From Eledone cirrhosa (lineage: Eukaryota), in the NCBI GenBank assembly GCA_964016885.1, contig OZ024741.1, positions 333,684,001-333,748,000 of the forward strand: a DNA stretch of 64,000 nt, written 5' to 3'. The notes under the pieces were generated by a model, which was given only the letters and a program-made list of their open reading frames with translations, was not told the origin of the DNA and did not search any database. Positions within the stretch are counted from its first letter, which is position 1. The number at the start of each line of letters is the position of its first letter. Position numbers and translations under genes: made by a program. Positions 55,970-64,000 of this stretch are shown piece after piece.

Positions 55970-56405
55970 AGATATATATATATATATATATTATGAGATG
56001 AAATTTTGTTTTTAGCTTGATTAACAAGTCTGACAAGCAGATTGATGCTGGAGTCAGGTCTATAACACAAATATGGACCTTGAGCTAATCATCTGTGAAA
56101 CATCCATAACTGGTCAATAATCAATAAAAACATTCATGTGAAAATTCATCATATTATACTTCAAGCAATGGATGATGATCTTTAGGTGTTCAATTGTTAA
56201 ACTAGCTACTGTAGCACGATTTAAGCAATCATCAATTGGTAACTCAGAACTCAATGAGTTGTCTTAAAAAACATAAGTAGCCAAGACATTAGCTGGAGTT
56301 TTGCATCTCATAGTATTAAATTGAAGATGCATATTTATTATCATTTTTTTTACGTTACTGTTCTTTTCTCTCTCTCTGTAATTTATATATACATACATAC
56401 ATACA

Positions 56406-56439
<34 letters not shown>

Positions 56440-56452
56440 CATACATATATAT

Positions 56453-56559
<107 letters not shown>

Positions 56560-56834
56560 CGTCTTTCTCTTTCATCCACTCTCTCTAGGTTTCGTAGAAT
56601 TTGAAAATTCTTAAAATTCCGAACATGATAATATCTGAAATTTCCTTGACAATAGCTTCTATTGATGTTACAGGAAATCATGATATTTTTCGGGAGTGGG
56701 AGATGGGGCTGGGTGTAGTAGGTGGGCAGGATTTTTTTTGTGTGTGTGGAAGGGCCTTTTTTGTAATTTTTTGTGTTTTCTTTTTTCTCTGGTAGTTTTT
56801 TTTTCTTTTTCTATATAGATTGATTTATAATTTA

Positions 56835-56868
<34 letters not shown>

Positions 56869-57399
56869 GATATAGATATACATACACATAAACATAAGAT
56901 ACTTATACATGCAAACATACAAAAACATACACATACATCATCATCATCATTATTTATCATCTATTTTCCATGCTTGCACACATTATATATACACACGCAC
57001 ACACACACATACACGTGTGTGTCGATGCATATGTACGTATATATAAAATTGTCTCCAATTGAAAAATGGAGCATTTCTTTACAATTAAGACTTTCATTTG
57101 CCAATCCTTCAAGCCATATCTACAGCCTAGTTTAGCTGATTTGTGGTAATGATTGTAAAGATATGAAGAAATGAGATGGAAAATGGGAGACAGGGATGAG
57201 GGGGGGGGGGGTGATAGCTAGATGGAAACAGATAGGTAGACAGATAAATAAAGAGATAGGCAGAGGAATAGATAGGTGTATAGGTAGGAAGAGAGATAGA
57301 TTGATAGATAGACAAGTAAATAGACAAATTGGTAGATATATATTTACATATAATACACATTGTACATATTTATATACTCATTATATATATACACACACA

Positions 57400-57463
<64 letters not shown>

Positions 57464-57578
57464 CACAAGAGAGAGAAAGAGAGATGGATGGATAGATAGA
57501 AACGGAAAGATAATTAAAGAAAATAGTTAATGTGAGTGAGTGAAGGATATTTAGGGAATGGGTAAAACTTGTAACGTG

Positions 57579-57638
<60 letters not shown>

Positions 57639-57780
57639 ATATATTTATTTCATTCCTTGTATTTTGATCATGCTTTATTTTTACTTTTATTTTTAATTTC
57701 ATTCGCACCGTTTCCTTTCGCTATATGTCTCTCCACCACTCCCCTACACACCCTTTGAACTCTGTTCCCACACACTTCTC

Positions 57781-57812
57781 ACCTGAGGAAGGGCTTATGC
57801 CCGAAACGTCGT
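57781..57812 (+). ncRNA. Minimal hammerhead ribozyme motif (palindromic stem III type)
   Basis: CUGAGGA a gggc uuau gccc GAAAC GUC. Stem I is only 2 bp. AATAAA follows, with (TA)n about 90 nt downstream. Confidence 0.6.
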
Positions 57813-57900
57813 TCCCCACCACCACCCCACTCCCCAGAGCGTGAAATTAATAAACATTCGTTGTACTGCCTCTCTGTTTTGTTCCTGTTCAAATTTTTCC

Positions 57901-57953
<53 letters not shown>

Positions 57954-58082
57954 GGGTATGTGTGTATGTATATATAAATATATAAATATATATATGTATA
58001 TATATATATAAATATATATATATGTATATGTGTGTGTGTGTGTATGTATATATAAATATATAAATATATATATAAATATATA

Positions 58083-58114
<32 letters not shown>

Positions 58115-58115
58115 A

Positions 58116-58214
<99 letters not shown>

Positions 58215-58454
58215 TTTAAGTTATATTTATATTTATATATTTATATACATCCATCATGTGTATATACATAGATATGTGTGTGTAGAATCATACATATATA
58301 TGTATGTGTGTATGTAAGAGAGGCCTAAGATATCTATAAAGTATGTTCTCTTCCAAAAATGTCTGCAATGAACTGATTTTATTGAAGCTTGACATAGTTT
58401 CATCATCTTGTGGATTAGAGTGACACATTTCACATGATTCCACTCCAATGTTAC

Positions 58455-58703
58455 CTATACCTATACTACTGCTACTACTACTGCTGCTGCTGCTAATGTT
58501 TAGAGCTACTGCTACTATTGCTACTACTGCTGCTGAAGATACTACTACTACTACTGTTACTACTACTGCTAATGCTGTTGCAGCTACTACTACTGCTGCA
58601 GCTAATGCAACTATTGCTGTTACTGCTGTAGCCACTACTACTATTACTACTACTACTACTACTACAGCTACAACTGCAGCTACAACTACTATTTCTGCTG
58701 CAG

Positions 58704-58757
<54 letters not shown>

Positions 58758-58815
58758 ATGCTACTGCAGCTACTACTACTATTATAACTACTACTGCTGT
58801 TACTACTACTACTAT

Positions 58816-58848
<33 letters not shown>

Positions 58849-59090
58849 ACTCTAACCAGAGATGTCAACTAACAATGGTAACACCATACCATCAACACCA
58901 ACAACACCACAAACAAGACCATTGCCACTATCATTACCACCACCAACAATAACAAAACTAGTATCAACACCACCACCACCACCACCAGTACCACCACCAA
59001 CACTATTACCACTGCCATCATCACTACCACCACCAACAACAATGACAACAACATCAGTACCAACACCACCAGCACCAACACCACCACCAA
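58455..59090. repeat. (ACT)/(GCT) then (ACC)/(ACA) compound microsatellite
   Basis: Read directly from the sequence; accounts for the Thr-rich and Pro-rich ORFs here. Confidence 0.92.
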
Positions 59091-59289
59091 CAGGCCAATG
59101 GATTGCCTGTATGTGTGCAGTGAAACCCTCATTCATTTTAATCCCTTTGATACCAAACCACCTGACACAACCCCTGGTTCTATGATACCGATTGGTTTAT
59201 TTTAATGTATTTATATTTATCTAAATACCCTCCATCATAATTTATGTAAAAACTTTTATTAACTTATGTTCCAAACACCATCTTAATAA

Positions 59290-59750
59290 TGGTTTCTAAG
59301 TTGGGATGAAAGACAAAGCTAACCTCAGTAGGATTTGAACTTAGGCCATAAAGGGACGTAACTGCATGAGGCAAAGCATGTTGCCTGATGCTCTACTGAT
59401 ACTGCCAATCACCATCTTAATAATTGTTTCTACTTTTGGCACAAGGCCAGCAATTACCTCAGTGCATTACTGGTACTTTATTTTATCGACCCCATAAGGA
59501 TGAAAGGCAAAGTTAACCTTGGCGGGATTTGAACTCAGTGGTCCCTAATTTAGGCACAAAGCCAACAATTTTGAGGGGAAGGGAAACCAATTAAATCACC
59601 TCCAGTACTTGACTGGTACTTTATTTTATTGACATCATAAGAATGTAAAGTAAAGCTTATGTTGTCTGAATTTTAACTCAAAACATAAAGAATCAGAGCT
59701 AATACTGCTAAGTATTTGTTCTGACTTGTGAATGATTCTACCAACCACCA
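59290..59750 (-). mobile_element. Three tandem family A SINE copies or fragments nested in a TTAA-family MITE
   Basis: Cores at about 59305, 59498 and 59645. MITE sequence lies at 59140-59290 and resumes at 59760-59860. Confidence 0.75.
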
Positions 59751-60367
59751 CCCTAAATACAAGATTAATGATGAGCAAGTTAGTTATATTACTAAATCAT
59801 TCCAAACTCTTAATTGAATTGAACATTATAGGGAGTGTCTTTCATTAGAAATATAGTATGTATGGTCCTGTAATTTCTGAGAGAGTCATAGGGAACCCCA
59901 TTAACATACAGCATTTCTAACGTACTTTTAAAAACCCGACGGTGCCTATCTTCTCTCCAGGTCGGAATACATCAGATTTCTTCCAGAGAAGGATAAAGAG
60001 TGAGAGAATGGAAATGAGAAAGAGATATAGAGTAAGAATCAATCCCCAATACCTGAACTGGTACTTTTTTTATCAACCTCGAATGGATGAAAGGTAAAGT
60101 TGACCTTGGCGGGATTTGAACTGAGAGAGAAGAGAGCTGGAATGAATACAGCAAAGGATTCTATCCGACATTCTAACAACTTTGCTTATTCGCCTCCTAT
60201 GAAATATGTTATGGAAAGGGTTAAATATAGCAATGGAGGACAGATAGAATAGATAATGTAGTCTTAGACATACACACTTAGAAAATAGAAAACAACAAAC
60301 AAGATTGTTACGGCTGGAATGGTTTTGATCAGAGATCTATTTATGGATGACTTGAGTTAAAACAGCA

Positions 60368-60600
60368 GCCTTATCATTATCATCTTCTCGATTGACATCA
60401 GTGTCATTATCAGTGTTGTCATCATCGGTATCATTATTTTAACCATCATCATCACCATCATCACTGCCAGCATTGTCATTATTATCAATGTCATCATCAT
60501 AAATGTTATCATCACCAACAACACCAACATCATTGTCATCACCATTGTCATCATAAAAATCCCCATTGGCACCATCACTATTGCCTTCATCAGCAATATC
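60368..60600. repeat. (ATC)-based compound microsatellite
   Basis: Read directly from the sequence. Confidence 0.9.
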
Positions 60601-61751
60601 AAACATATATTCATTAAATTACAATAATTTGGTTCTATTGATGTACCTGTCGTTATTCTTGTCTGAAGATAGATATACTGGTAAATATATATATAAATAA
60701 ATAGCTATAGATAGATAGTCAGGGAGAGTGGCATGGAGATGGAGAGATAGATAGATAGATAGATGTACAAATGATTTATTGTCTGAAGATATCGTTGTTG
60801 TAACAAAAGACCCAGATACTCACATACACACATGCATATATATATATAAGCGCTTTGTTTCTGTATTTGCTTTGCAAGATTTTTTATGCAAAATCGTGTG
60901 TTGAAAGAAATAGTGATATACTTTGGTTAGGTCATGTTGCCAATAAAAAAAAAAAATGTACCACTCAAGTTTCATTTCAGTTTTAATATTAGTTAGCTAA
61001 CTAAACAATTAAACAATGTAATGGTTCTAGTCCTATGAAAGTCATTTCTATAACAAGATAAAGATGCCTATTCTTTACTAATGTATTGAGCACTTTTTAA
61101 AACTGTTTTTACCTCCCGATATACATCAGGAAACCCCTATAATATATATATACTGCAGCCTTTCTGGAGCATTACATGAAAGGCATTTAGTTAACCATTG
61201 TACATCTTTTTCAAGTCTAATACTTATTTTAAAGATGGTGATTTGAAGAACTGCTAGGATATAGGATGTAGCATAGACATGGGCACAAATGTAAATACAA
61301 ACACACACATAGACATTCTACAAGCTTCTGTACTTCCTATCTAACAAATTTCACTATAAGGCATTGGTCAACCTGAAGGTATCTAATAAAAGACATGTGC
61401 CCAAGATCCCACGGTGCTACGCAGTAAGAGCGAAGCTGAAACTACATAGTTACAAAGAGTACTCTTTAAACACAAAGTCATGCCAGCACATACAATATAT
61501 ATACATTTCTATCATGATCATCATCATCGTTTAACGTCCATCTTCCACGCTTGCATGGGTTATATATATGTATATCACATAAGAAAGGGAGAATCAGTGT
61601 TGCGCCGAATAAAATTTATTAGACATATTCCAATCGTTTCTCTGGTGACCAGCTTGAGGCACGATCGATGTAATGGTCGAACCTGACTCTGAAATCGCAA
61701 GGTCCTCGGATACGTTTTGATTCTACTAAGCAGAGTTTCCAAATACAATTA

Positions 61752-61790
<39 letters not shown>

Positions 61791-61919
61791 CAGATTCATG
61801 CTGGCATGGGCTTGATGGGGTGTCTTGTAGCTAGATGTCTTTCATGATGCCAACCCTTTATTTGCCTCTTACAACACACCCACACAAATACAAATATATA
61901 TATATATATATACATACAC

Positions 61920-61957
<38 letters not shown>

Positions 61958-62081
61958 ATATACATACATATATATATACATATATATACATACACACACA
62001 CATATATATATACATACACACACACACACATATATACACATTCACACACACATATATACATATACACACACATATATACAA

Positions 62082-62113
<32 letters not shown>

Positions 62114-62114
62114 G

Positions 62115-62176
<62 letters not shown>

Positions 62177-62350
62177 CATATATATATATATGTTCATATA
62201 TATACATATTTATATATATATATATACACAGGCACTTGTCACTGAGGTTGGAATTTTACTTATTTGTATACCCGCTCTACATCTCCTCATGCATTGAGTA
62301 CTCCTATGATTAGTGGTCTCCTCAGTTTCAGCATCAGAGATGCTATATAT

Positions 62351-62381
<31 letters not shown>

Positions 62382-64000
62382 CAGGCAAAAATACACACAC
62401 ACACACACATACTCATACATAAGATACTTATATTTTCTCTTTGAATTTTACTTCATTTTCTCTTCGTTTTATTCCTATTTAAGTGTAATATTTCCTCACA
62501 TGTGAATAAAATAAAAGCTACACTAAAATGTTAACTATTTTCACAGAATTAATCTCTTTTTTATTCTTTATTTAATATCATTCTTTGTTATTCTTCTTGT
62601 TGTTTTTCGCTATAGAATGAATATTCGTTTTTATATTTCTTTTTCTTTTTTTTAGATATTTAAATTCTTTATTTTATTATTCCTTGTTTTTACCTCAGAT
62701 CATTATTATTATTATTATTATTTATTTATTTATTTTTTTACTATAGTCAATGGTGATTCATGCATTTTTTTCATGCACACTTATCATTCATGTTTGCCCG
62801 ATTTCGTAACCAATGGCAAAAGCCGCTGAGAGAAATGGGAGCTCCTGCCGTTCAATTACTAGTAGTAGCCATCTCATCCTCACTTAGGTCATGTGTACCT
62901 CATTGAAAAGCCATGTATGTCTCAACTTCCACTGCACCATCCCCTCCCTCCCTCCTCCTGCCTCACACTACATTTTTCACTCCCTAAAATACCTAACAAT
63001 ATGACTGATCACCTACTACATACAATAAGGGAGACTATACATGGGTTGTTTGACCTGCAAGAAATAGTAACCAATTCTCTCCCTAAAAATCACATCCTTC
63101 CATCTTAAAAAAGAAACAATCTCCCTACATACACAAAAAAAAAAATTGCAAAGGACACATTGGATAATGTAAGCCAAGGTACACTATGCCTGAAAAAAAA
63201 AAGAAAAAATAGGATGGTCATGGCTGGAATGTCTTTGATCAATTTGCCTGCTTGGTGAAGCACAGACTTGAGGCTAAACAATGACAATGACAACAACAGC
63301 AACCATTTTATTCTATAATGCCAAGTACAGCATGCAATAGATAAATATTTATTTTTACGCGCGTTAATAATAAATATGATTTCTACATATATTATCACAT
63401 TTTTGAAAAGAAATCACAAAAGCCATATTAAAATTTACAGGCATCCCATTAAAAATGAAACCAAACAGAAAAAAATAAAAAACAGAATGTTTATTGAATA
63501 CAAATAAAAAATATTTGTTTCTTGCACTTTGATTGACTACCAATTTATAATATTTAGTATCATTGACTACCAATTTATAATATTTAGTATATATATATAT
63601 ATAATATATATATATATACATATATATACACACACATATATATATCACAGAGACATATAAGCAGACAATAAAAAAGATATATCAAATAAAAAAAAACCCC
63701 AAAGAACGTCGCTGATCTTTATCAAATCTAATTTGGTTTGACAGCCAAATAAATCCTGAATAGTGCTGGGTCACATCAGAAGATTTCCCCATGCCCAAGA
63801 AATCAGTTTCGATGTAATATTAAAGTGGGGAAGGCAGCAGTTATTATCCAAAAATATAAATAGAACCTTGAAACTATAAATCTATCCATCTCCTCCATCC
63901 AACGCAACCAACGTGTTTCTGTTTTTCGATATTTTTCAAGAAAATAATCTGAAGGCTTTCTGGTGTCTTTTTTTTTTTTGTGTGTATGTTCCAAAGACTC

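Overview
This is AT-rich animal genomic DNA dense in microsatellites. Its repeat inventory resembles an octopus or other coleoid cephalopod genome, which is my inference only. I cannot support any intact host gene; nearly all ORFs in the track are translations of simple repeats. Bases 1-8650 hold two fused tandem arrays (48-bp and about 100-bp units) that read as a Thr/Ser/Asn mucin-like polypeptide on the + strand. The rest is a mosaic of 5'-truncated LINE ends (CR1, RTE, Dong/R4, Tx1, CRE), a Penelope GIY-YIG remnant, two tRNA-derived SINE families, and hAT, Tigger and piggyBac-type MITEs. The most interesting signal is a dispersed set of short elements embedded in (TA)n tracts. Several are fold-back palindromes, many carry type I hammerhead-ribozyme cores (one family shows a compensatory stem I change), and several otherwise dissimilar families share a conserved GTATTGAGTAC motif about 30-45 nt from their 3' microsatellite junction. 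They are probably Penelope-like retroelement termini or non-autonomous derivatives.
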